Origin: Bacteroidia bacterium
GTDB taxonomy: Bacteria > Bacteroidota > Bacteroidia > NS11-12g > UBA955
DNA length: 64,000 bases
NCBI GenBank assembly: GCA_040403495.1
Contig: JBBAKM010000010.1
Coordinates: forward strand, 26,743-90,742
Direction of reading: 5' to 3'
Shown: positions 18,893 to 29,294 of the stretch, piece by piece
Layout: each line of letters opens with the position of its first letter
How positions within the stretch are numbered: the stretch's first letter is position 1
Program-made: the position numbers and the translations under genes
The notes under the pieces: model-generated
Databases searched by the model: none
The model's input: the letters and a program-made list of their open reading frames with translations, nothing else
Told to the model about the DNA's origin: nothing

Positions 18893-21800
18893 ATGAATAA
18901 AACAATTTTAGGTCTTGACCTAGGAACTACGTCTATTGGTTTTGCTCATGTTATTGAAGGAGATACACCAAGCCAATCAAAAATCATTCAAATTGGGGCG
19001 CGTGTTAATCCATTGACAACAGATGAACAAACAAATTTTGAAAAGGGTAAACCTGTTTCTGTTAATGCGGATAGAACTTTGAAAAGAGGAGCAAGAAGGC
19101 GATTAGATAGATTTCAATTAAGAAGGGAAAATCTTATAGAAATTCTAAAAAAAACAAGCGTAATTAGACAAGATACAATTTTAGCAGAGGATGGCAAAAA
19201 TACAACACATGAAACTTGGAAATTGCGTTCAAAGTCAGTCACAGAGAAAATTGAAAAAGAAGAACTTGCAAGAGTTTTACTTGCAATAAATAAAAAAAGA
19301 GGATACAAAAGTAGTCGAAAAGCGAAAAATTCAGAAGATGGACAAGCGATAGATGGAATGGCCATAGCCATAAGACTTTATGATGAAGACTTAACTCCTG
19401 GACAATTATGTTATAACTTGTTATTAGAAGGCAAAAAACTACTTCCAGATTTTTATAGATCTGACTTACAAGCTGAGTTTGACAAAGTATGGAATTTTCA
19501 AAAACAATTTTATCCTGAAATTTTAACGAATGAATTTTATATTGAATTGCAGGGAAAAGGGCAAAGAGCAACCTCTTCAGCTTTTTGGAATTTCTATAAA
19601 TTTAATACCGCTGACATTAAATTAAAAACAAGGGAAGAAAAAAAGCTACAATCTTATGCTTGGAGAAAAGACTCTATAGTTAAAAAGCTAGAGAAAGAAG
19701 AAGTAGCCTTTGTGTTAACTGAAATAAACAATAATCTAAAAAATTCAAGTGGTTATCTTGGTGCTATATCAGACAGAAGTAAAGAGCTTTTTTTTAACAA
19801 AATTACTGTAGGGCAATTCTTATACAAACAAATTGAAAAGAATTTTCATACCCCTCTAACAAACCAAGTTTATTATAGGCAAGATTATTTAGATGAATTT
19901 GAGGCAATATGGTTGGAACAATCTAAACATCATCCTGAACTAACTTTAGAATTAAAGTCAGAAATAAGAGATGTTGTTATTTTTTATCAGCGAAAACTAA
20001 AGTCCCAAAAAAGCTTGATTAGTAAATGTGAGTTTGAATCGGAAGAAAAAATAATTGATGGAAAAAAGAAAGTTGTTGGATTAAAAGCAACACCAAAATC
20101 TTCGCCACTTTTTCAAGAATTTAAAATTTGGCAAACGTTAAACAATGTTCTAATCAGAAGGAAAGGAATTAAAAAAAGAGTAACAAAAGACAATAGCCAA
20201 ACAAATTCATATATTGATGACATAAATGAATTTGTTTTTGATTTAAAAACAAAAGAACAATTGTTTCAGGAGTTAAATATAAAGGGTAATTTGAAAGCTA
20301 ATAAAGTTATTGAATTGTTGGGTCACAAGCCTTCTGAATGGGAGGTAAACTACACGGAAATAGAGGGAAATAGAACTAATCATGCTTTATATAATGCTTA
20401 TTTAAAGATTTTAGAAATAGAAGGTTATAGCGAAGATTTGTTGAGGTTATCTGACAAAGATGAAATAAATATAAGTGATTTAAAAACATCTGCACTAGAA
20501 ATTAAAAATATGATTAAACAGGTTTTTGATGTTTTAGGAATTAATGTTGAAATATTAGAATTTAATCCAGAGTTAATAGGTAAGGATTTTGAGAAACAAA
20601 AATCTTATCAACTTTGGCATTTGTTGTATTCGTATGAAGGTGATGATTCATTATCAGGTAATGAAAAGCTTTATGATCTGTTGAGTAATAAATTTGGATT
20701 TAAAAGGGAGCACGCACAAATATTAGCTAATGTTACATTGTCAGATGATTATGGAAGTTTAAGCAGTAAAGCAATCAGAAAAATATTCCCACATATAAAG
20801 GAGTTGCAATATGATAAAGCTTGTTTTCTTGCAGGTTACAGGCATTCGGCGGCATCCTTAACAAAAGAAGAAATTGAAAAAAGGCCATTAAAAGATGGAT
20901 TAGAATTGTTAAAGAAAAATAGTTTAAGAAACCCTGTAGTAGAAAAAATTCTAAATCAATTGGTAAATGTTGTTAATGCATTAATTGAAAAAAACAAAAA
21001 AATAGATCCAAATTTTAAGTTTGATGAAATAAGGATTGAGTTGGCTCGTGAATTAAAAAAGAACGCTAAAGAAAGAGCTGAAATGACCACTAATATTAAT
21101 TCTGCTAAAATTGAACATGAAAAAATTTCAAAAAAATTACAAATTGAGTTTGGTGTTAAGAACCCAACAAGAAATGATATTATCAGATACAGACTTTATG
21201 AAGAATTAAAAAATAATGGTTATAAAGATTTATATACAAATTCATACATACCAAAAGAAAAACTATTTTCAAAAGAAATAGACATTGAACATATTATACC
21301 TCAGTCAAAAATGTTTGATGATAGTTATTCAAATAAAACAGTTGTATATAGAAAAGATAATTTAGATAAAGGAAATAAAACAGCTTATGATTTTATTGAA
21401 GGGAAGTTCGGTAATGAAAAACTTCAAGATTATTTAAACAGAGTGGAAGCGCTATTTAAATTAGGGAAAGATGAAGGGATTTCTAAAGCTAAATACCAGA
21501 AGTTGTTGAAAAAAGAAACTGAGATTGGTGAAGGTTTTATAGAAAGAGATTTAAGAGATAGTCAATATATAGCCAAAAAGGCTAAAAATATGTTGTTAGA
21601 GATAAGTCGCTCTGTAGTAACAACGTCAGGAAGTATAACAGATAAGTTGAGGGAAGATTGGGGATTAATAAATATAATGCAAGAACTCAATTTTGAAAAA
21701 TTCAAAGCACTTGGTTTGACCGAAAAAATAGAAAAGAAGGATGGTAGTTTCAAGGAGCGAATTGTGGATTGGAGTAAACGTAATGACCATCGTCATCATG

Positions 21801-23170
21801 CAATGGATGCTTTGACAATCGCATTTACTAAACATAACCATATTCAATACCTTAACTATTTAAATGCGAGAAAAAATGAGAGTCATAAACTACACAATAA
21901 TATCATTGCAATTGAAAAAATTGAAACTGAATTAAGAATTGACAATGAAGGCAATAAAAAACGTGTTTTCAAACAACCATTACCTGACTTTCGCCAAATT
22001 GCTAAAGCACACTTAGAAAATGTTTTAGTGTCTCATAAAGCAAAAAACAAAGTTGTTACTAAAAACAAAAATAAAACAATTTCAAAGAATGGAGAAATTG
22101 TAAAGATTGAATTAACACCAAGAGGACAGTTGCACAAAGAAACTGTTTATGGGAAATATAAATATTATGAAAATAAGGAAGAAAAAGTAAGTGCTAAATT
22201 TGATGAAATTACTATTGCAAAAGTTAGCAATCCTTTATACAAATCTTTGTTGTTGAAAAGATTAGGGGATAATGAAAATGACCCTAAAAAAGCCTTTGGT
22301 GGAAAAAACAGTTTAAGTAAAAATCCAATTTATATTAATGAGGAAAAAACTGAAATTTTGCCAGAACTGGTTAACTTGTCTTGGTTAGAAGTAGATTATT
22401 CAATTAGAAAAAATATAAACCCAGATAATTTCAAAGACGATAAATCAATAGATAAAGTGATTGATAAAAAAGTTAAGGAAATAATGTTAAAAAGATTGAA
22501 AGAATATGGAGATCCGAAAAAAGCATTCTCTGATTTGGATAAAAATCCTATTTGGCTCAATGAAGAAAAAGGAATTGCTATAAAGAGGGTTGCAATTTCT
22601 GGAGTTAAAAATGCAGAGTTTTTGCATTATAAAAAAGACCACAAAGGTCAATTGATTTTAAATAATAAAGGAGAAAAAATTCCTGTTGATTACGTGAGTA
22701 CAGGAAACAACCACCACGTGGCAATATACAGAGATGAGAAAGGGGATTTACAAGAAAGAGTTGTATCCTTATTTGATGCTGTTCAATTAGTAAATGCAGG
22801 AGAACCAGTTATTGATAAGTTGTATAATAATGGAATTGGTTGGGAGTTTCTGTTTACTATGAAACAAAACGAGTACTTTGTTTTTCCTAATGAAAAAACT
22901 GGTTTCAATCCTAAGGAAATTGATTTGTTAGATACGAAAAATAAATCAATCATAAGTCCTAATTTATATAGAGTTCAAAAAATTTCAAGTAAAAATTATG
23001 TTTTTAACAATCATCTTGAGACGAAATCGATAGATGGAGATATATTAAAAACCAAAAAAGAATTAAGTGGAATAATGTACTACTTTATTCAAACACCCTC
23101 TAATTTAAAAGATATAGTTAAGGTTCGAATAAATCATATTGGAGATATATTAAATATAGAGGAATATTAA
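18893..23170 (+). CDS. cas9: Cas9 (type II-C, 1425 aa)
   Basis: RuvC-I (GLDLGTTSIGFA), Arg-rich bridge helix (TLKRGARRRLDRFQLRR), HNH (DIEHIIPQSKMFDDSYSNKTVVYRKDNLDKGNK), RuvC-III (RHHAMDAL). There is no csn2 or cas4. Confidence 0.95.
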   Translation: MNKTILGLDLGTTSIGFAHVIEGDTPSQSKIIQIGARVNPLTTDEQTNFEKGKPVSVNADRTLKRGARRRLDRFQLRRENLIEILKKTSVIRQDTILAEDGKNTTHETWKLRSKSVTEKIEKEELARVLLAINKKRGYKSSRKAKNSEDGQAIDGMAIAIRLYDEDLTPGQLCYNLLLEGKKLLPDFYRSDLQAEFDKVWNFQKQFYPEILTNEFYIELQGKGQRATSSAFWNFYKFNTADIKLKTREEKKLQSYAWRKDSIVKKLEKEEVAFVLTEINNNLKNSSGYLGAISDRSKELFFNKITVGQFLYKQIEKNFHTPLTNQVYYRQDYLDEFEAIWLEQSKHHPELTLELKSEIRDVVIFYQRKLKSQKSLISKCEFESEEKIIDGKKKVVGLKATPKSSPLFQEFKIWQTLNNVLIRRKGIKKRVTKDNSQTNSYIDDINEFVFDLKTKEQLFQELNIKGNLKANKVIELLGHKPSEWEVNYTEIEGNRTNHALYNAYLKILEIEGYSEDLLRLSDKDEINISDLKTSALEIKNMIKQVFDVLGINVEILEFNPELIGKDFEKQKSYQLWHLLYSYEGDDSLSGNEKLYDLLSNKFGFKREHAQILANVTLSDDYGSLSSKAIRKIFPHIKELQYDKACFLAGYRHSAASLTKEEIEKRPLKDGLELLKKNSLRNPVVEKILNQLVNVVNALIEKNKKIDPNFKFDEIRIELARELKKNAKERAEMTTNINSAKIEHEKISKKLQIEFGVKNPTRNDIIRYRLYEELKNNGYKDLYTNSYIPKEKLFSKEIDIEHIIPQSKMFDDSYSNKTVVYRKDNLDKGNKTAYDFIEGKFGNEKLQDYLNRVEALFKLGKDEGISKAKYQKLLKKETEIGEGFIERDLRDSQYIAKKAKNMLLEISRSVVTTSGSITDKLREDWGLINIMQELNFEKFKALGLTEKIEKKDGSFKERIVDWSKRNDHRHHAMDALTIAFTKHNHIQYLNYLNARKNESHKLHNNIIAIEKIETELRIDNEGNKKRVFKQPLPDFRQIAKAHLENVLVSHKAKNKVVTKNKNKTISKNGEIVKIELTPRGQLHKETVYGKYKYYENKEEKVSAKFDEITIAKVSNPLYKSLLLKRLGDNENDPKKAFGGKNSLSKNPIYINEEKTEILPELVNLSWLEVDYSIRKNINPDNFKDDKSIDKVIDKKVKEIMLKRLKEYGDPKKAFSDLDKNPIWLNEEKGIAIKRVAISGVKNAEFLHYKKDHKGQLILNNKGEKIPVDYVSTGNNHHVAIYRDEKGDLQERVVSLFDAVQLVNAGEPVIDKLYNNGIGWEFLFTMKQNEYFVFPNEKTGFNPKEIDLLDTKNKSIISPNLYRVQKISSKNYVFNNHLETKSIDGDILKTKKELSGIMYYFIQTPSNLKDIVKVRINHIGDILNIEEY

Positions 23171-23198
23171 CGTAATAAAGGTAATAAATCAAAACTTT

Positions 23199-23230
23199 AA
23201 AAAGCCATGAAATTATCTTGGCTTTTTAAA
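23199..23230. terminator. Hairpin terminator after cas9 (AAAGCCA-tgaaattatct-TGGCTTT), flanked by A/T runs, possibly bidirectional
   Basis: 7-bp stem. T-run downstream on + and A-run upstream. Positioned to terminate cas9 and also the minus-strand array read-through. Confidence 0.5.
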
Positions 23231-23367
23231 GTTTAAAAATTCTCATTCACAAATAATTTTGAAAAAAAGTTAGATTAATTAAATCGTATTTTGACATAAA
23301 AACTTGTTTTTTCATGGACTTGATAGTGTCTATAATCTATATATAGCAATGGTTTCAGGCATGGTAT

Positions 23368-26300
23368 ATTGTGTTTGAGATGTCAAAGATACTGAATGAA
23401 AGCAAATCACAACTCGTTCCCTTGCTTAAAACTACGCCTGTAAATTGTGTTTGAGATGTCAAAGATACTGAATGAAAGCAAATCACAACGTACAGCCTAC
23501 AAGCGTGGTTCGTATCTATATTGTGTTTGAGATGTCAAAGATACTGAATGAAAGCAAATCACAACCTACTCAGTACAAGCTATTTACCATTACTAATTGT
23601 GTTTGAGATGTCAAAGATACTGAATGAAAGCAAATCACAACGTCTTCCTTGGCATTGCTTTTTTGTACCGAATTGTGTTTGAGATGTCAAAGATACTGAA
23701 TGAAAGCAAATCACAACGTATGCAGTGTGAGAAGTGGCCAGCATACCATTGTGTTTGAGATGTCAAAGATACTGAATGAAAGCAAATCACAACACCCACA
23801 ATGATTAAATGATTAACTCCAGATTGTGTTTGAGATGTCAAAGATACTGAATGAAAGCAAATCACAACGTAGAAGCACAAAAGGAAATTAAAAAACGTAT
23901 TGTGTTTGAGATGTCAAAGATACTGAATGAAAGCAAATCACAACTAGGAGCAAACTCTGTAATTACAACAAGTGATTGTGTTTGAGATGTCAAAGATACT
24001 GAATGAAAGCAAATCACAACCCCACAATAAACAAAGCTTGTTTTAAAGTATTGTGTTTGAGATGTCAAAGATACTGAATGAAAGCAAATCACAACGAGTA
24101 GATGAAAACGCAGTAATTGAATACTATTGTGTTTGAGATGTCAAAGATACTGAATGAAAGCAAATCACAACAATAAACCATTGTTAAAAATTGCGTATGG
24201 TATTGTGTTTGAGATGTCAAAGATACTGAATGAAAGCAAATCACAACTTATTCCATCTTTGTTGATTTATCACCAAAATTGTGTTTGAGATGTCAAAGAT
24301 ACTGAATGAAAGCAAATCACAACAATAGATGTCTTGAACCATAATTAATGTAGGTTGTTTTTGAAGTGTCAAAGATACTAATTGAAAGCAAATCACAACG
24401 CTTAAATATATTGTTGTGTAATGCTTTTAGTTGTTTTTGAAGTGTCAAAGATACTAATTGAAAGCAAATCACAACATACATTCATCGTTTATCATACAGA
24501 ACTTTGTTGTTTTTGAAGTGTCAAAGATACTAATTGAAAGCAAATCACAACGCATCATCTGATTGTCTTTTTGTTTCCTCGTTGTTTTTGAAGTGTCAAA
24601 GATACTAATTGAAAGCAAATCACAACTAAATCTGAGGTGTGTTATTTACTATTCCAGTTGTTTTTGAAGTGTCAAAGATACTAATTGAAAGCAAATCACA
24701 ACTGACTTTAATTCGTGTGCTATCCCTTTAAGGTTGTTTTTGAAGTGTCAAAGATACTAATTGAAAGCAAATCACAACAAATATCTACCTTTTGTTCGTC
24801 TTGCATTGGTTGTTTTTGAAGTGTCAAAGATACTAATTGAAAGCAAATCACAACAAAACGATACTATAACGAAATACGATACAAGTTGTTTTTGAAGTGT
24901 CAAAGATACTAATTGAAAGCAAATCACAACATATTTTGTTGTGGTGTATTGTCTGATACTGTTGTTTTTGAAGTGTCAAAGATACTAATTGAAAGCAAAT
25001 CACAACAATGACTGAGGACTTCTTAGAGCATTTAGTGTTGTTTTTGAAGTGTCAAAGATACTAATTGAAAGCAAATCACAACACCTTTTAATGGTTCAAT
25101 TCTTAAAGCAGGGTTGTTTTTGAAGTGTCAAAGATACTAATTGAAAGCAAATCACAACGAATGCCTTACATACCTGTATCAGAATCATGTTGTTTTTGAA
25201 GTGTCAAAGATACTAATTGAAAGCAAATCACAACGTAGTCAGTTCTTAATTTAATTTGGCTTTCGTTGTTTTTGAAGTGTCAAAGATACTAATTGAAAGC
25301 AAATCACAACGCAATGGCGATTTTGAGGTGGACATTATGGGTTGTTTTTGAAGTGTCAAAGATACTAATTGAAAGCAAATCACAACTAGTGTTCAATTAA
25401 TTCTTACAAATTTAGGTTGTTTTTGAAGTGTCAAAGATACTAATTGAAAGCAAATCACAACTATTTCGGCTCTACCTTTGGCGGTTAATCTGTTGTTTTT
25501 GAAGTGTCAAAGATACTAATTGAAAGCAAATCACAACGGGTTGATATAATTGTCTCCGAGTTTTTTAGTTGTTTTTGAAGTGTCAAAGATACTAATTGAA
25601 AGCAAATCACAACAATATCCAGAAGCAAAACCAGAAGAAGCATGTTGTTTTTGAAGTGTCAAAGATACTAATTGAAAGCAAATCACAACGATTATCAGCT
25701 AACTATTAATCATTATGGCGTTGTTTTTGAAGTGTCAAAGATACTAATTGAAAGCAAATCACAACATATTGCGCCAACTTTATACAAACGATTTTGTTGT
25801 TTTTGAAGTGTCAAAGATACTAATTGAAAGCAAATCACAACATTCTCATACCTATCTAAGTATTTAAGTATGTTGTTTTTGTAGTGTCAAAGATACTAAT
25901 TTGCCGCGCAGCAGCATTAATGCAAATAAAAACAAATAATAAATTAATAAAGCAAATCACAACCCGGTTTTATTATAAATGTAATTCGTTGGGGTTATTT
26001 TTGAAGTGTCAAAGATATTAATTGAAAGCAAATCACAACTGTTTAAGCCCCTAAGTTGTGGTGACAAGGGTTGTTTTTGAAGTGTCAAAGATACTGATTG
26101 AAAGCAAATCACAACATTTTCATTTTGTAGTCTTTTTTACTAGTGTTGTTTTTGTAGTGTCAAAGATACTAATTTACCGCGCAGCAGCATTAATGCAAAT
26201 AAAAAAAAATAATAAATTAATAAAGCAAATACTGATAGTTTTTTAATTGTTTTTTTATGGCATCAGTGAGCGCTAAAGCGGTTCACAACAATTTGCGTTT

Positions 26301-26467
26301 CCATAATAAGTTAATGGAAGTTGTTTTTGAAATGTCAAAGAAACTAATTTACCGCGCAGCAGCATTAATGCAAATAAAAAACAAATATTAAATTAATAAA
26401 GCAAATACTGATAGTTTTTTAATTGTTTTTTTTTATGGCATCAGTGAGCGCTAAAGCGGTTCACAAC
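23368..26467 (-). CRISPR. CRISPR array of about 38 repeats of roughly 46 nt with 30-nt spacers. Minus-sense repeat: GTTGTGATTTGCTTTCATTCAGTATCTTTGACATCTCAAACACAAT (A-type, 13 copies, 23368-24323) and GTTGTGATTTGCTTTCAATTAGTATCTTTGACACTTCAAAAACAAC (B-type, about 22 copies, 24354-26115). Three terminal repeats carry insertions.
   Basis: Regular 76-nt periodicity read directly. Orientation is inferred from tracrRNA anti-repeat complementarity and from the GTTGTG…46-47-nt Bacteroidetes II-C repeat family. Confidence 0.95.
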
Positions 26468-26547
26468 ATAAGTTCAATAGTAAATAATTCGTTGTCCAAG
26501 GGAGCATGAAGATAATCTGACATTAACAGATATTGCGAAAAAATCAA

Positions 26548-26954
26548 AAGACAGTAGCAATACTAATAAAATGGTTAAGTTTAAAAAGTGCAATTGAATT
26601 TTTGGAGAATGGTAAGCCCTTTAAAGCTCCGTTTTTAATTATACCGAATTCGGTATAATTAAAAACAATTCAGGTAGTAATAATTTTGTTCTTGCTGTAA
26701 AACAATGGATTGTGCTTACAGGTTTAATTGGGCTAAGTACAAAAGCAGGAAGATATGGAGGGACTTTTGGACATAAAGATGTTGCGTTTCAATTTGGTAT
26801 GTGGATTAGTCCCAAATTTCAATTACTATTAGTTCGAGAATACAAACGCTTAATAGAACTATTTGAGCAAAAAATAAAAAAGAAGATTGGTGAGGTTTGG
26901 GGTTTGAAGGGGGAAGGAGCTTATGACAAGCAACTAGAGGAAATTAATAATTAA
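26548..26954 (+). pseudogene. Disrupted KilA-N domain gene. The C-terminal half is intact (…KAGRYGGTFGHKDVAFQFGMWISPKF…); the N-terminal half is broken into three frames.
   Basis: GGTW-hpd-A-fa-Wlsp-F KilA-N signature in the 26712-26954 ORF. Upstream pieces MVKFKKCN*/EFLENGKPFKAPFLII* sit in other frames. Confidence 0.5.
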
Positions 26955-26971
26955 AAATGTAAATTTGCAAA

Positions 26972-27748
26972 GTGGAAGAGCAAGGCTACATAGAAGTTAA
27001 AATTGATGGATTAGTAGGTGACAAGCCCCTAAAGCCCATTGATATTGATATTGTTGAGATAAAAGAAATCATCAACGATGTGGAAACTTTCTTGTATCCT
27101 ACAAGAGGCGAAAAATCTGAACGACCACACATTTCCTACAGAATTGAAGAAGGTTCTGCTAGAAACTTATTTTATCTTCCAATTTCAGGAGTATTGCTTT
27201 TTAATGGGTTAAGCACCGAAATTAGCAATAGGGGAAACATTGATTTCTTAGACAATAAAAGAGCAGAAATAATTGATAAGTTTCAGAGAAAAGCAGCCGA
27301 AAAAAATCTAGAAATTTCATTTTATAGCTCTACCAATACAGAACCAATATTAACAATCAATAAAAACACTAGTTATTTTAAAGTTGCTGCAACTTTTATA
27401 GAAACTGAATTTGTTTTGTACGGCAAAGTGAACGAGGAAGGTGGCAATAACCCCAATTTTCATTTACTAACAAAAGAGTATGGGAAATTGGTAATAAGTG
27501 CTTCAGAACAACAGCTTTTAGAAGGTGAAAAGCGTTTATTCAAAGTTTATGGCGTTAGAGCCAAAGGCAAACAAAATATTGCAGACGGAAAACCTTTTGA
27601 CCTTAAATTAGTGGATTATATTACATACAATCCCAACTATGATGAGCATAAATTAGATTTGCTTATCGAAAGGGCGTCTATAGATTGGAATCAAATACCA
27701 AATGTTGATACTTGGCTTCAACAAATTAGAGGAGGTGCAAATGGATAG
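26972..27748 (+). CDS. Hypothetical protein (258 aa) with a GTG start and no internal Met. Its stop overlaps the PIN gene start (ATGGATAG).
   Basis: Long ORF with coding-like composition. Its 8-nt overlap with the downstream PIN gene suggests translational coupling. No recognisable motifs. Confidence 0.5.
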   Translation: MEEQGYIEVKIDGLVGDKPLKPIDIDIVEIKEIINDVETFLYPTRGEKSERPHISYRIEEGSARNLFYLPISGVLLFNGLSTEISNRGNIDFLDNKRAEIIDKFQRKAAEKNLEISFYSSTNTEPILTINKNTSYFKVAATFIETEFVLYGKVNEEGGNNPNFHLLTKEYGKLVISASEQQLLEGEKRLFKVYGVRAKGKQNIADGKPFDLKLVDYITYNPNYDEHKLDLLIERASIDWNQIPNVDTWLQQIRGGANG

Positions 27749-28211
27749 TGTTTTACTCGACACCTCTTTTTGTATACGGTTGCTTAAAAGTAATGATGAT
27801 TTACATCAAAACGCAAAAGACTATTTCAAATATTTTTTAGAAAAGAAAATTGATATTTATCTTTCATCAATTGTTATAGCTGAGTACTCAGTAAAAAGCG
27901 ATCCTGCTAACTTGCCTCTTGAGTTTGTAAAGATTATTCCATTTGACTTTTTTGATGGTAAAACGGCTGGAGAGTTTCATTCAATTTTGCTAGAGCATAA
28001 AGATTTAGTGAAAGAGATTGGGCGAGATGTAATTAAAGATGATTGTAAAATTATAGCGCAGTTATTTAACAGAAATATTCAAGGGTATATTACTAAAGAT
28101 CGTAAATCATTTAGTAAATTTTTTGCACCGATTCAGTCATCTAAAGTTTTTCAAGTAGAACTTCTTGATTTGGAAATTCCATTTAAGGATTTTAAAGGAG
28201 AATTGTTTTAA
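27741..28211 (+). CDS. PIN-domain protein (VapC-like ribonuclease toxin candidate)
   Basis: AGGAGG 6 nt upstream of ATG 27741. LLDTSFCIRLL (Asp1), IAEYS (Glu), ITKDRKSF (Asp) acidic tetrad pattern of PIN. Confidence 0.65.
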   Translation: MDSVLLDTSFCIRLLKSNDDLHQNAKDYFKYFLEKKIDIYLSSIVIAEYSVKSDPANLPLEFVKIIPFDFFDGKTAGEFHSILLEHKDLVKEIGRDVIKDDCKIIAQLFNRNIQGYITKDRKSFSKFFAPIQSSKVFQVELLDLEIPFKDFKGELF

Positions 28212-28318
28212 TCTAGTCTTCGTAAAGCAAAAACACATTAGCACTTCTCATAAATCCTAAAGGATTATTTAGAGCTTATTAAATTATCTTCATTAAAATT
28301 GTTTGTTTACTAAGTGAA

Positions 28319-28774
28319 TTATTCAATACTATTAAAGTAAATTAAACTCATATCAACGATTCTCCAAATTATAAAAAGAGTACAACCTAAAATGAAAAAA
28401 ATGAATGATTGTTTGAAGTTTTTTTTTGCGTTTGCTATAGGTATAGTTGAATTGTCTTCAAATACTTTTGTGATTTGTTCTACGGCATTTTGATGTTTTA
28501 TGACAAGTTGATAATATGTGCGCTGGTCATAAAGTGTGTTTAATTTTAATTCAATAAATTTTAACCCTTTGTAGATAGATATCCCCCAAGATATAATTGC
28601 TGAAGCTAAAGGTATGAATGAATATTTCAAGGGTTGGCCTAAAGTTTGTTGAACTGCAAATCCTATTGATGTAACAGATAAAGCACCAATATAATAAATG
28701 TACTTATCTTGCATTTGTGTAAATTGATTTTCGGTTTCCCTTTGTGAACTTTTTAAATCTCCCTTATTAATCAT
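28319..28774 (-). CDS. Hypothetical small membrane protein (151 aa, three TM segments)
   Basis: ORF with hydrophobic segments. No known motif. Confidence 0.4.
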   Translation of the reverse strand: MINKGDLKSSQRETENQFTQMQDKYIYYIGALSVTSIGFAVQQTLGQPLKYSFIPLASAIISWGISIYKGLKFIELKLNTLYDQRTYYQLVIKHQNAVEQITKVFEDNSTIPIANAKKNFKQSFIFFILGCTLFIIWRIVDMSLIYFNSIE

Positions 28775-29120
28775 CTTACAAATATCTAAATTTTACATAT
28801 TAGTTGGTTTAATTGTGAAAGGATTGTTGGCTCTTTTTTTGCGATTAATTGAGTTTTTTAGCCTTTTAATGAAGGGATTTTAAGTATTCATATATCTTTT
28901 TAATAAAATTCTATTTTTTGGGTGAATTAACTTGGTGTAATCTTTTTAAAGGAAAATATTAATCATCAACATTGCAAATATGAAAAAAGGAAATAGACTC
29001 TAGCACTTTAGAGCTTGTAAATGGACTAGCAAAATTTGAATATCTATTTATTTTTCACCAACGTAATATTTGTCTAAATTTGGGCTATATAAGATGTAAA
29101 CCTAATCCCCAATAAACCAA

Positions 29121-29148
29121 AAACCCTTGAATTCTCAAGGGTTTTTTT
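29121..29148 (-). terminator. Hairpin terminator downstream of tRNA-Phe (AAACCCTTGA-attc-TCAAGGGTTTTTTT)
   Basis: 10-bp perfect stem with T runs on both sides. Confidence 0.6.
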
Positions 29149-29149
29149 G

Positions 29150-29222
29150 TGGTATCTCGCGGAATCGAACCGCGGACACAAGGATTTTCAGTCCTTTGCT
29201 CTACCAACTGAGCTAAGATACC
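29150..29222 (-). tRNA. tRNA-Phe (anticodon GAA)
   Basis: Cloverleaf read manually: GGTATCT acceptor stem, D-arm GCTCAGTTGGTAGAGC, anticodon arm AAGGA-CTGAAAA-TCCTT, T-arm GCGGTTCGATTCCGC, discriminator A. No encoded CCA. Confidence 0.9.
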
Positions 29223-29294
29223 TTCCTAATTGGGAGTGCAAAAATATATTTTTTTTTATCTAATACAAACTATTTTTTATTTTTTTGTTTAATA

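Noticed and set aside
23635-24092. ORFs 23635..23880(-) and 23862..24092(-) with repetitive peptides (MICFHSVSLTSQTQ…)
   Set aside because: They lie entirely inside the CRISPR array. The periodic peptide is translation of the repeats.
26058-26246. ORF 26058..26246(+) of 62 aa
   Set aside because: It is a translation of the degenerate terminal CRISPR repeats and their insertions, not a gene.
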